Shown: positions 9,650 to 18,180 of the stretch, piece after piece
How positions within the stretch are numbered: the stretch's first letter is position 1
Layout of the letters: each line of letters begins with the position of its first letter
Source: Tannockella kyphosi
GTDB taxonomy: Bacteria > Bacillota_I > Bacilli_A > Erysipelotrichales > Coprobacillaceae
DNA: 32,000 bases
Reading direction: 5' to 3'
Assembly (NCBI RefSeq): GCF_021054785.1
Contig: NZ_CP088239.1
Span: forward strand, 1,320,001-1,352,000
Position numbers and translations under genes: made by a program
The notes under the pieces: model-generated
The model's input: the letters and a program-made list of their open reading frames with translations, nothing else
What the model was told of the DNA's origin: nothing
The model's database searches: none

Positions 9650-10759
9650 CTACATAATTTCCCCTAGATATTCCTTATCTTGCCAATAATCTAATATCCT
9701 TTTATCTTGGGGTCCTTTTGAAATAATATATTTCATTTTATGATAGGGATATGGTACATCAAAAATACAATATTCTCTAATACCAACTACTTTTGTTACT
9801 TGCAACGTATCCTTTCTACCAGCACTAACTACCACAAAATCACCTATTTGAATATCATCTCCATTATATAAATAACAATAATTTTTCCCTCTTGGTTCAA
9901 AAATAACATCATAATAAAGGATGTGCATTGACTTTTCTAAATCAGCTAACATTTGATCAATTATAATTCTTTGTAACTGAGTATATTTTCTCTTTGTTTG
10001 TTTAATGAGTTCAATAAGTGCTTTTAAACTATTTATTCCAAGGTATTCCCCTTCCAAAGTAGCCATCTCTTCTTCTCTGTTTTTATATTTTATAGTTATA
10101 CAACTTTGTATTTCAGTAGGTACTTGATTGTATATTAAATCTTCAAAGTCCATTATTTCTAAAATATCAACAATTGAATAAAGTATAGCTTTATCTTCTA
10201 TATATTGAATATTTCCTTTATTTGATTCTTGGAATTCAATTCTTTTATGAAGTAAATTATATGTAATTGTTTGACCATCCTCATTATTAAAGCAATAAAT
10301 ACTTATTTTTTGAATATCTTTTGGATATAAAAAATCAAATGCCCATAAAGTATGATCTTCTAATTGCTCACGCAATAAATAAGATAAATCAATATTCTCT
10401 ATTATCAATTCTTCATAGTAAGCACCATGATAATAAAAAGTATTCCCTTTTTCATTATGTAGTATTAGTTGCCAATCTGATTCGTTATTTTCTTGGTGAT
10501 AATTAGAAAAATACTTTTCAAATAAGGTATCTATATATTGTATAACATTAGCTGGTAAGGTAATGATGTTTTGTTTAGGTGGTTTGTTGTTATTAATTTC
10601 ATTTATACAAACAAGGCCATTATCTTGGATTACTATTTTTTGTTTTTTTACTATATCTAGTCCAGTTACTTGATGTGTACTAAGCAGTTCTATTCTTTTA
10701 CATTTCCCATTAAAAGAATTATTTAATTTATGATTTTCTTTCAAATGACAAGTATTCAT
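9650..10759 (-). CDS. Hypothetical protein, no family recognised
   Basis: 369-aa ORF with a strong SD (AGGAGGA, 7-nt spacer). The codon usage resembles the neighbours. I see no diagnostic motif. Confidence 0.6.
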   Translation of the reverse strand: MNTCHLKENHKLNNSFNGKCKRIELLSTHQVTGLDIVKKQKIVIQDNGLVCINEINNNKPPKQNIITLPANVIQYIDTLFEKYFSNYHQENNESDWQLILHNEKGNTFYYHGAYYEELIIENIDLSYLLREQLEDHTLWAFDFLYPKDIQKISIYCFNNEDGQTITYNLLHKRIEFQESNKGNIQYIEDKAILYSIVDILEIMDFEDLIYNQVPTEIQSCITIKYKNREEEMATLEGEYLGINSLKALIELIKQTKRKYTQLQRIIIDQMLADLEKSMHILYYDVIFEPRGKNYCYLYNGDDIQIGDFVVVSAGRKDTLQVTKVVGIREYCIFDVPYPYHKMKYIISKGPQDKRILDYWQDKEYLGEIM

Positions 10760-10821
10760 CTTAGAGTCCTCCTACTAATAGTATACCTTATTGCAATCTT
10801 TATAGAAATAAGTTTTATATG

Positions 10822-10849
10822 TTGATTTTAAATTGTATACATGTATAAT
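10822..10849 (+). promoter_or_regulatory. Sigma-70-type promoter for the riboswitch-symporter transcript
   Basis: TTGATT (10822..10827), a 16-nt spacer ending in TG, then TATAAT (10844..10849). Confidence 0.7.
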
Positions 10850-10900
10850 AGGAGATACGTGTTATAAGAAGTTTGTTGATAAAACTGCAAACCGATAACA

Positions 10901-10974
10901 CTCTGGAGAACCTTTTTAGTAAGGTGCCGAAGGTGTAAGAGTGAAACTCGAATCTCTCAGGCAAACGGACAGAG
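10901..10974 (+). promoter_or_regulatory. Glycine riboswitch aptamer (single complete aptamer)
   Basis: The sequence is CTCTGGAGAAcc...GCCGAAGGTGTAA...AATCTCTCAGGCAAACGGACAGAG. It matches the conserved glycine-aptamer blocks CUCUGGAGA, CCGAAGGxGxAA and CUCUCAGGCAAAxGGAC. P1 is closed by CTCTG/CAGAG. It sits directly upstream of an alanine/glycine symporter gene. Confidence 0.85.
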
Positions 10975-11035
10975 TTAAACAAGATATGTTTTTCTTTTTC
11001 GAGTTCTCTATAAAATATTTTAGGAGGATTTTTTT

Positions 11036-12517
11036 ATGATTGAACAGATTGAACAGATTAACGGAATTATCAATGGGTATATTTGGGGTGTACCTGCACT
11101 TACTTTATTAATTGGTACGGGTATTTTAATGACTTTACGTACAAAAGGATTTCAGTTTAGATATTTTAAGCATATGTGGGATGTAACAATTGGGGCTGTA
11201 TTTAAGAATAAAGATATTACTTCTAGTAAGGATAAGAATTCAATTTCTCAATTCCAAGCTTTGTGTACTGCTTTATCTGCTACTATTGGTACTGGTAATA
11301 TTACTGGGATTGCAGTAGCCATTACTAGTGGTGGTCCAGGTGCTATTTTTTGGATGTGGATTGCAGCTATTGTTGGGATGATGACTAACTTTTCTGAAAA
11401 TGTATTAGGGATTTTCTATCGTAGAAAAAATAAAGATGGTGAATGGTGCGGGGGTGCTATGTATTATCTTGAAGATGGTTTAGGGGCTAAGTTTAAGACT
11501 TTAGGGAAAGTTTTAGCTGTATTGTTTGCTAGTTTTGCTATGATTGCTTCGTTTGGGATTGGTAATATGGGACAAGTTTCTTCTATTAAGGAGTCTATTT
11601 TAACGGCTGCTGGAGCTACAGGTAATGTTACTGCTAGTATTGTGATTGGACTTGTTATTATGTTTTTAGCTGGTTTAGTAATTCTTGGTGGAATTACTCG
11701 AATTGCTAAAGCGAATGAAAAAATTGTACCTGCTATGGCTGGTGTTTACATATTAGGGGCTATTATCATTATTGTAATGCATTCGAATCAAATTATTCCT
11801 GCTTTCCAAGCTATCTTTAGCCATGCTTTAAGTAGTGAAGCAATTACTGGGGGAACATTAGGTACTGCGATTACTTGGGGATTTAAAAGAGGTGTGTTTT
11901 CTAATGAAGCTGGTTTAGGTTCTTCTGTTATTGTTCATAGTGCATCGAATGTAAAGGAACCAGTAGTACAAGGTTTATGGGGTATTTTTGAAGTTTTCTT
12001 TGATACTATTATTGTTTGTACTTTAACTGCTTTAGTTATCTTAACTTCTGGTTTAGTTAGTTTAGAAACAGGTGTTCCTTTTAATAGTGATTTAAGTAGT
12101 TTAGGTTTAGTAACAGAAATATTTGGATCTGTGTTTGGTACATTAGGTGGAGTATTCTTAGCTGTTGCTATTACATTATTTGCTTTTTCTACCGTACTAG
12201 GATGGTCTTATTATGGAACGAAATCTTGTGAATATTTATTTGGGACGAAAGCATCTCAAGTTTATAAACTTGCTTTTTTAGGAGTCGTTGTTGTTGGATG
12301 TGTTTTGGATGCATCTTTGATTATTGATATTTCAGATACTTTTAATGGATTTATGGCGATTCCTAACTTAATTGGGGTTGTTACTTTATCTGGATTGGTT
12401 GTTAAGATCACGAACAACTATGTACAACGAGTAATTAAGAAAAAAGATATTGAACCAATGCTTTCTAATTTTGCAGATTTACAAGCTTTACATGCAAAAG
12501 AAATAGCAGAAAAATAA
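11036..12517 (+). CDS. Alanine/glycine:cation symporter (AGCS family)
   Basis: Polytopic 493-aa protein. The block SQFQALCTALSATIGTGNITGIAVAITSGGPGAIFWMW is the AGCS family signature region. SD AGGAGGA lies upstream. Confidence 0.9.
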   Translation: MIEQIEQINGIINGYIWGVPALTLLIGTGILMTLRTKGFQFRYFKHMWDVTIGAVFKNKDITSSKDKNSISQFQALCTALSATIGTGNITGIAVAITSGGPGAIFWMWIAAIVGMMTNFSENVLGIFYRRKNKDGEWCGGAMYYLEDGLGAKFKTLGKVLAVLFASFAMIASFGIGNMGQVSSIKESILTAAGATGNVTASIVIGLVIMFLAGLVILGGITRIAKANEKIVPAMAGVYILGAIIIIVMHSNQIIPAFQAIFSHALSSEAITGGTLGTAITWGFKRGVFSNEAGLGSSVIVHSASNVKEPVVQGLWGIFEVFFDTIIVCTLTALVILTSGLVSLETGVPFNSDLSSLGLVTEIFGSVFGTLGGVFLAVAITLFAFSTVLGWSYYGTKSCEYLFGTKASQVYKLAFLGVVVVGCVLDASLIIDISDTFNGFMAIPNLIGVVTLSGLVVKITNNYVQRVIKKKDIEPMLSNFADLQALHAKEIAEK

Positions 12518-12520
12518 TAG

Positions 12521-12555
12521 AAGCAACTAGAGTTTATATTCTAGTTGCTTTTTTA
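12521..12555 (+). terminator. Intrinsic terminator after the symporter gene
   Basis: AAGCAACTAG-(10-nt loop)-CTAGTTGCTT followed by TTTTATTTT. Confidence 0.85.
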
Positions 12556-12606
12556 TTTTGTTTGTATAAAGAAAGTAGTACAATAAAGGAATAAAGGAGG
12601 AGTCTT

Positions 12607-13788
12607 ATGAATAATTTTAATTTTTATGCACCAACAAAAATTGTATTTGGAAAAGATACAGAACAAAAAGTTGGTGAATTAGTGAAAGCACAAAAAGCTA
12701 ATAAAGTATTAATTCATTATGGTGGTGCTAGTGCAGTGAAATCTGGTTTATTAGAAAGAGTCGTAAACTCTTTGAAAGAAGCAGGTATTGAATATGTTTT
12801 ATTAGGAGGGGTTATCCCTAACCCACGTTTGTCTTTAGTATATGAAGGTATTGAGTTATGTAGAAAAGAAAAGGTGGATTTTATTCTTGCTGTTGGTGGT
12901 GGATCAGTTATTGATTCTGCCAAAGGAATTGCTTGGGGAGTTCCTTTTGATGGAGATGTTTGGGAATTATATGAAAAGAAACAAGAAGCTAGTGATGCTT
13001 TACCACTAGGTTGTATTTTAACAATTGCTGCGGCCGGTAGTGAAATGAGTGGTGGTAGTGTTCTAACAAAAGATGAGGGTGGTTTAAAAAGAGACTATTG
13101 CAATGATAATATTCGTTCTAAGTTTTCTATCATGAATCCTGAATTAACCCTTACTTTACCACCTTATCAAACAGCTGCTGGTTGTGTTGATATTTTGATG
13201 CATACTTTAGAAAGATATTTTGTTTCTGGATCAACTTTGGAAACAACAAAAAGCATAGCAGAAGCAATTATGAGAACAGTCATTACAAATACTAAAATAT
13301 TACATCATGATCCTATGAATTATGATGCTAGAGCTGAAATTATGTGGTGTTCTAGTTTATCTCATAATGATTTAACTGGTTGTGGTAATCTAAGCAATGA
13401 CTTTGCAAGTCATATGTTAGAACATGAAATTAGTGGATTATTTGATGTCACACATGGTGCTGGTTTAGCGGTGGTATGGCCTAGTTGGGCACGTTATGTA
13501 TATCAAGACTGTTTAGATACTTTTGTGAGATTTGCAATAGAAGTAATGGGTATAGAAAATACTGGTGATAAAGAAACAATGGCTCTTCAAGGGATTGATG
13601 CTTTAGAAGCATTCTTTACATCTATTGATATGCCGGTAACAATGACTCAAATGAATTTAGAAGTTAGTGAAAAACAAGTAAGATATATGGCTAATTCTTG
13701 TAGTCAAGCAGCTGGTGGAAATTGTATTGGTAGTGCAAAATCTTTGGATTTAGAAGATATGTATCAAATATTAAAGGATGCAGTCTAA
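12607..13788 (+). CDS. Iron-containing (group III) alcohol dehydrogenase, butanol-dehydrogenase-like
   Basis: GGGSVIDSAKGIA nucleotide-binding motif and His-rich metal site region (HxxxH: HMLEHEISGLFDVTHGAG). Length is 393 aa. Confidence 0.88.
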   Translation: MNNFNFYAPTKIVFGKDTEQKVGELVKAQKANKVLIHYGGASAVKSGLLERVVNSLKEAGIEYVLLGGVIPNPRLSLVYEGIELCRKEKVDFILAVGGGSVIDSAKGIAWGVPFDGDVWELYEKKQEASDALPLGCILTIAAAGSEMSGGSVLTKDEGGLKRDYCNDNIRSKFSIMNPELTLTLPPYQTAAGCVDILMHTLERYFVSGSTLETTKSIAEAIMRTVITNTKILHHDPMNYDARAEIMWCSSLSHNDLTGCGNLSNDFASHMLEHEISGLFDVTHGAGLAVVWPSWARYVYQDCLDTFVRFAIEVMGIENTGDKETMALQGIDALEAFFTSIDMPVTMTQMNLEVSEKQVRYMANSCSQAAGGNCIGSAKSLDLEDMYQILKDAV

Positions 13789-14703
13789 ATGAATAAAATA
13801 ATAGATACTTTTATCAGTAGTAATTTAACCAGTACAATCCAATATTATATTTATGAACCAGATAGTAATCCTAAAGGGATTATACAATTAACACATGGTA
13901 TGATGGAGAGAATTGAGTTATATGAGGAGTTTATTGGGTTTATGTGTGATAAAGGATTTATTGTATGTGGCCATGATCATATTGGACATGGTCATTCTGG
14001 GGAACTTTCTGATAGTTTTGGATTTTTTGCTAACACAGCAGGATATCGATATTTAATTGAAGATCTTCATCAATTAAATACGATTATAAAAGAAAAATAT
14101 GATGATCTCCCTTATTTTTTAATAGGTCATAGTTTAGGTTCTTTGGTAGCGAGAAACTATTTACGTCTTTATGCAAATGAAGTAGATGGATGTGTGTTCA
14201 GTGCATCTGGAAGTGCTAGTCCTCTTACTGTTCTGGGACTTATTTATGTAGAGTTTAAGATAAAAAGAAGTGGTCCTCATTTTGTTTCTGAATCTTTTGA
14301 AAAAACAATCTTTGGAAACTTTAATAAAGGACAAAAAGATAAGTTTAGTGGTTGGTTGTGTAGTAACCAAGAATTTATTGAAACTTTTAAAAATGATTCA
14401 CTATGTCAATTTGGATTTAGTTTATCTGCTTATCGTGATTTATTAACATTATTTTACCAAAGTAATAAACAAAATTGGTTTACAAGTGTTCCAAATGAGA
14501 TGCCAATCTTATTACTTTCTGGTAATCAAGATCCTATTATGAATAATGGAAAAGATATGCTAAAGGTAGAAGAAAATTTACGTAAAACGAATCATACAAA
14601 GATAAATTCTTATTTATATGATGGTTCTATGCATAATCTATTTCATGAAATAGATCGTTCTACTGTTTTTAATGATATATACCAATGGATTACAGCTTTA
14701 TAA
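13789..14703 (+). CDS. Alpha/beta hydrolase (lysophospholipase-like), paralog 2
   Basis: IIQLTHGM, GHSLGS, GNQDP and SMHNLFHE motifs. It aligns along its whole length with the 8251..9174 product (IQYYIYEP...CGHDH.GHG...). The ATG follows the ADH stop directly (TAAATG). Confidence 0.8.
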   Translation: MNKIIDTFISSNLTSTIQYYIYEPDSNPKGIIQLTHGMMERIELYEEFIGFMCDKGFIVCGHDHIGHGHSGELSDSFGFFANTAGYRYLIEDLHQLNTIIKEKYDDLPYFLIGHSLGSLVARNYLRLYANEVDGCVFSASGSASPLTVLGLIYVEFKIKRSGPHFVSESFEKTIFGNFNKGQKDKFSGWLCSNQEFIETFKNDSLCQFGFSLSAYRDLLTLFYQSNKQNWFTSVPNEMPILLLSGNQDPIMNNGKDMLKVEENLRKTNHTKINSYLYDGSMHNLFHEIDRSTVFNDIYQWITAL

Positions 14704-14731
14704 TACTTCATATTATATGAAGTATTTTTTT
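14703..14731 (+). terminator. Intrinsic terminator after hydrolase paralog 2
   Basis: ATACTTCATAT / ATATGAAGTAT inverted repeat followed by TTTTTT. Confidence 0.8.
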
Positions 14732-14734
14732 ATA

Positions 14735-14758
14735 ACAAAAACGACCCTAAGGTCGTTT
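14735..14758 (-). terminator. Intrinsic terminator after the VanY-type peptidase gene
   Basis: The minus strand reads AAACGACC-ttag-GGTCGTTT followed by TTGTTAT. The hairpin overlaps the stop codon. Confidence 0.65.
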
Positions 14759-15866
14759 AGTAATCATAATATTCTCCTAATGTTAGATTGTTTTCATATA
14801 AAATAGTTGCTAGTTCTTCACCTACATAACGATAATGCCAGGGTTCATAAATATATCCTGTAATATCTGTTTTATCTTCAGGATAACTCATAATCCAACC
14901 ATATTGATAAGCATAATTTTGCATCCATATACCAACGATTGTTTCATCTAATGTATTGTATAAACTATATTTATCACTAACATCAATCGCTAATCCTAAT
15001 TCATGTTCACTAGAACGAGGATAGGCACTATAATAAGGTGCATTTTCAGGATCAGTTGCATAATAGCTGTTATATAAATTAGTTTGATATGCTTCACTAC
15101 GATAACTAGAGACCAATGTGATATCGATACCATCTAATTGTGCTTGTGCCATCATTTCAAAATATGCACTTGCTGCTTCTTGCCTTAAATAATGATTTCC
15201 ACCAATACTTACTAAATCATCTGGTTCCCATCCTTCTGGCAAAGCGTATTCCTTACTTATATAAACAGTAATATCACTTGGATTTGCAACAATATTCGTA
15301 CCTTCCACTAACTCATTAACAGGGGCTAAGACAACAATAGTTGTCTTAGCAGTAGTTTGATTATCATTTCCATCGCTAGCAATAATATCAATAGAATACT
15401 CCCCTACCAAGGATGTATCTACTTGACCATCTACATCTAATTCAATATCATCAATAAAATAGTTATCAATAACATCAATACCTAAACTATTTACATCAAA
15501 AGTACTATATAACAATACTTCATATTGATCATCTAATCTGATAGTTGGTCCTGATGAATCTTTCACTGTTATTTCATAAGTAAAAGAATAATCTTGATAA
15601 GAATATACGATTTCATATGTTCCTAGTGACGATATTGTTATATCTTCATATTCTAATAAGTCAGTAATATCCTGATCTTTATAAGTTACCTGTAATGAAA
15701 TATCATTTGGTAAAAAAGAATAATCTTGTCCATATTCTATTTCTTGTTTATAACTACTAACCTTCTTACCTTCTATTCTAGCAACATAAGTTGAATTGTT
15801 CATTAGAAAACAAATAACACCAACGATAATCACAATTAGTAATAGAATAATTTTTTTCTTTGTCAT
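14757..15866 (-). CDS. Membrane-anchored M15B (VanY-type) D-alanyl-D-alanine carboxypeptidase with Ig-like repeat region
   Basis: The C-terminal domain carries SYRSEAYQ, SEHELGLAIDV and EPWHYRYVG, the VanY/M15B zinc-site motifs. There is an N-terminal TM helix and two beta-rich Ig-like segments (GTYEIVYSYQD, GEYSIDIIASDGNDN). I prefer the start at 15866 (MTKKK, SD AAGGAG) over 15884. Confidence 0.85.
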   Translation of the reverse strand: MTKKKIILLLIVIIVGVICFLMNNSTYVARIEGKKVSSYKQEIEYGQDYSFLPNDISLQVTYKDQDITDLLEYEDITISSLGTYEIVYSYQDYSFTYEITVKDSSGPTIRLDDQYEVLLYSTFDVNSLGIDVIDNYFIDDIELDVDGQVDTSLVGEYSIDIIASDGNDNQTTAKTTIVVLAPVNELVEGTNIVANPSDITVYISKEYALPEGWEPDDLVSIGGNHYLRQEAASAYFEMMAQAQLDGIDITLVSSYRSEAYQTNLYNSYYATDPENAPYYSAYPRSSEHELGLAIDVSDKYSLYNTLDETIVGIWMQNYAYQYGWIMSYPEDKTDITGYIYEPWHYRYVGEELATILYENNLTLGEYYDY

Positions 15867-15982
15867 ATTAATTACTCCTTTCAATTCTTACGATTGTATA
15901 ATAATACATTATAAAAGTCACTATTTTTGTCATGAAAAAACTCTTTTTTTATTTACATTCGCAGGATTTTATTATGAAGTAT

Positions 15983-16402
15983 TTAATATTCATTTGGTGT
16001 AGCGAAGATAATATGATTTACTTCTAGAACAATCCAAAATTTCTTTTTATTATAATGAAACACATGCAGGTAGGGAGCATGAAAATTAGGTCCAGGATAT
16101 TTAATGAAAATTTGATTCAGTGCTTCATAAGCTACCCACAAACCAGAAATTTGCTTATCTTTAAAAATTTCATGATAACCTTTAGTAAAATATAACTCAT
16201 TTTTAACATCTCTCCAATTATTAAATATGCATTTTTCCTTTGAATCTGTTGCTTTAAAATCATATTCTAAAGGGCTAATCATATCTAAATAATCCATCTT
16301 AGAATCACCTTGTAAGCTCTCTATGATTGTCTTTTGGTACATATCCACAACAAGTGGAACTGGCGTATCCTTTAATTCACTATAAAATATTCTAACTGGC
16401 AT
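15983..16402 (-). CDS. Hypothetical protein (gene 4 of the RHH/EEP cluster)
   Basis: 139-aa ORF with SD AGGAGGAAG, starting 18 nt after the EEP gene. No motif recognised and no TM or signal peptide. Confidence 0.6.
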   Translation of the reverse strand: MPVRIFYSELKDTPVPLVVDMYQKTIIESLQGDSKMDYLDMISPLEYDFKATDSKEKCIFNNWRDVKNELYFTKGYHEIFKDKQISGLWVAYEALNQIFIKYPGPNFHAPYLHVFHYNKKKFWIVLEVNHIIFATPNEY

Positions 16403-16420
16403 CCTACTTCCTCCTATTTT

Positions 16421-17182
16421 CTATAAACATTTAGCACAAATAAGTGAGTGATCACTCCAAAGACCAACCTTATTACTATCAACAAGTATAACTGGCATAT
16501 GTTTTTTGTATGCACTAGCACTAAAGATAATATGATCAATACAAGTATTATCACCAAAAAAACTATTTTCTACTGTATTCGTATTATTCAGTTGTGGTCC
16601 TTTATATCCTAGTCTCTCAAGTTCCATTAAGTGACTTTTATGAAAAGGTTCTTGAAAATCACCTGCTATAATAACATTACAATCATTTGTTTCTTTTGCT
16701 TTAGAAATTAGTAATTCCCATTGGTATTTATAAAGTCGTTTTCTTTCTTCAATAAACCAAGCTGCTTTATTTTTAAAATTCACTGTTTGAACAACGTGTG
16801 TATTAATCAAATGATATTCTTGATTATCTATATTTGCAATTACATAATTAATCCTGTTTGGAAGCTCTACATCGAAATCCTTTCTAGAATAGCCTTTTAA
16901 AACATCTTTTTTGATAAGTGTGACTGACATAATACTTCGATTATGTTTATCATAATCAAAGAGAGGTAAAATAACTTCATAATCTTTAAATAATGATTCA
17001 ATCAACTTAAGATACTTTTGATCACGTCCTGCAATTATTTCTTGAATCATGATAAATATTGGTTTTTCATAAAATTTAAAAACATAAGATGCAAAGCTTC
17101 TAATCTTTTGATCATATGATAATTTCCTATTTACAGGACACCATCCATTTAAGTTATAGCTTAAAATATAATTATTTTTCAT
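16421..17182 (-). CDS. Endonuclease/exonuclease/phosphatase (EEP) fold protein, cytoplasmic
   Basis: Ordered EEP motifs are SYNLNG (N), IMIQE (E), INTHV, IIAGDFQ (the GDFN position, here Q instead of N), IDHII and WSDHSL. There is no signal peptide or TM. Confidence 0.8.
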   Translation of the reverse strand: MKNNYILSYNLNGWCPVNRKLSYDQKIRSFASYVFKFYEKPIFIMIQEIIAGRDQKYLKLIESLFKDYEVILPLFDYDKHNRSIMSVTLIKKDVLKGYSRKDFDVELPNRINYVIANIDNQEYHLINTHVVQTVNFKNKAAWFIEERKRLYKYQWELLISKAKETNDCNVIIAGDFQEPFHKSHLMELERLGYKGPQLNNTNTVENSFFGDNTCIDHIIFSASAYKKHMPVILVDSNKVGLWSDHSLICAKCL

Positions 17183-17194
17183 TTTTCTTTTCCC

Positions 17195-17608
17195 CTATCC
17201 TAATATTTTCTTCAAATCTGACGATTCAAGCTTGGTTTTCCCCGTTTTACTAAGGTAACTTTGAACTCGAGTTGTGAATAAGCACATTTGTTCTATAGTC
17301 GCACTATCTTTCATCTGTTCATCATCCTCTAAAATTCTAGTTAACAATTTAACCATATAATCATATCTAGGATATTTCGTAAGCCCTAATTCCTGCATCA
17401 ATATAGGTGCAAATTGCTTATGTAAATCTGAATACTTTGGCATCGCTATTAACACAGATGCATATGTTTTGGCATAAGACAAGTTCTCTTGTTCACTCAT
17501 TTTATCCAAATGAGTGATACAAGAATTCCCAAAATCTTCAAATGCAAAAGTGTGTGGATACTTAGTAAGTAAAATAATACTTTTTTTAATTTCATTAATG
17601 TTTTTCAT
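17195..17608 (-). CDS. Hypothetical protein (gene 2 of the RHH/EEP cluster)
   Basis: 137-aa ORF with SD GGGAGAAG, ending 12 nt before the EEP gene. It is predicted helical by composition. No motif recognised. Confidence 0.55.
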   Translation of the reverse strand: MKNINEIKKSIILLTKYPHTFAFEDFGNSCITHLDKMSEQENLSYAKTYASVLIAMPKYSDLHKQFAPILMQELGLTKYPRYDYMVKLLTRILEDDEQMKDSATIEQMCLFTTRVQSYLSKTGKTKLESSDLKKILG

Positions 17609-17636
17609 CTTTCTTCTCCCTATTTTCTATACTTAT

Positions 17637-17658
17637 GTGTTACTACATCTACACATTA
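17637..17658. promoter_or_regulatory. 22-bp motif, copy 2 (inverted relative to copy 1)
   Basis: The reverse complement reads TAATGTGTAGATGTAGTAACAC. It is 20/22 identical to 18181..18202 and lies in the gene1-gene2 spacer. Confidence 0.6.
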
Positions 17659-17669
17659 GTTACTTTTTT

Positions 17670-17695
17670 AAACTAATATCCTTAGATATTAGTTT
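17670..17695. repeat. Perfect 11-4-11 palindrome overlapping the stop codon of gene 1
   Basis: AAACTAATATC-ctta-GATATTAGTTT. A third ATTAGTT half-site lies at 17655..17661. Confidence 0.8.
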
Positions 17696-18162
17696 TCAAT
17701 ATTTTTAAATTGATGATACACAGCCAGCTTAATTACATAGCTCATTCTAGGAACTCTTAGACCTTCTTGCCTTAAAAGAGATTGTAAATCTTCTAACTCC
17801 CTATAAATGTTTTCACTGATATAAATTCTAGGTGTTGAATCATTTTGACTACTGTCTTCGATTGATCGTTTTGCAATTTCACATTCTTGTGATAATGAGT
17901 TCCATTGTTCAACCGTAAGATTTCTTGAACTCCTAACAGCCATCTCAATGATACTTCCCACAGTAACATTTAAAGAAATATTGATAGAGATTCCATCAAG
18001 ACTATCTTCATTCATAGTTAGTAGTTGTTCTTCAATACAATCTTGCAATCCATTAGTTCTAATATCCTTTTGTAGTTGTTCTGTTCTCCTAGCAATCAAC
18101 CTGTCTATCCAATACTTTGTTTCATAAGCAAAACGTATTGTTTTGTATATTCGTGCCATCAT
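17689..18162 (-). CDS. Putative ribbon-helix-helix DNA-binding protein (gene 1 of the cluster)
   Basis: The C-terminal PRIYISENIYRELEDLQSLLRQEGLRVPRMSYVIKLAVYHQF has the strand-helix-helix pattern of CopG/Arc/MetJ RHH domains. The N-terminal ARIYKTIRFAYETKYWIDRLIARR looks like a second, degenerate copy. I prefer the start at 18162 (GGAGG plus 5 nt) over 18180. The call is by pattern only. Confidence 0.5.
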   Translation of the reverse strand: MMARIYKTIRFAYETKYWIDRLIARRTEQLQKDIRTNGLQDCIEEQLLTMNEDSLDGISINISLNVTVGSIIEMAVRSSRNLTVEQWNSLSQECEIAKRSIEDSSQNDSTPRIYISENIYRELEDLQSLLRQEGLRVPRMSYVIKLAVYHQFKNIEN

Positions 18163-18180
18163 GCTTTCCTCCTTTTTCAT

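Noticed and set aside
14757-15866. VanY-type carboxypeptidase as a vancomycin-resistance determinant.
   Set aside because: No vanH/vanA/vanX or vanR/vanS genes are nearby. The protein has Ig-like repeats and a membrane anchor typical of cell-wall remodelling enzymes.
15885-15982. Looked for a terminator separating cluster gene 4 from the VanY-type gene, and for a VanY promoter.
   Set aside because: Only a trivial A-run/T-run pairing is present, plus weak promoter candidates (GTGACT-17-TACAAT). This is not strong enough to annotate, so the 3' boundary of the four-gene transcript stays open.
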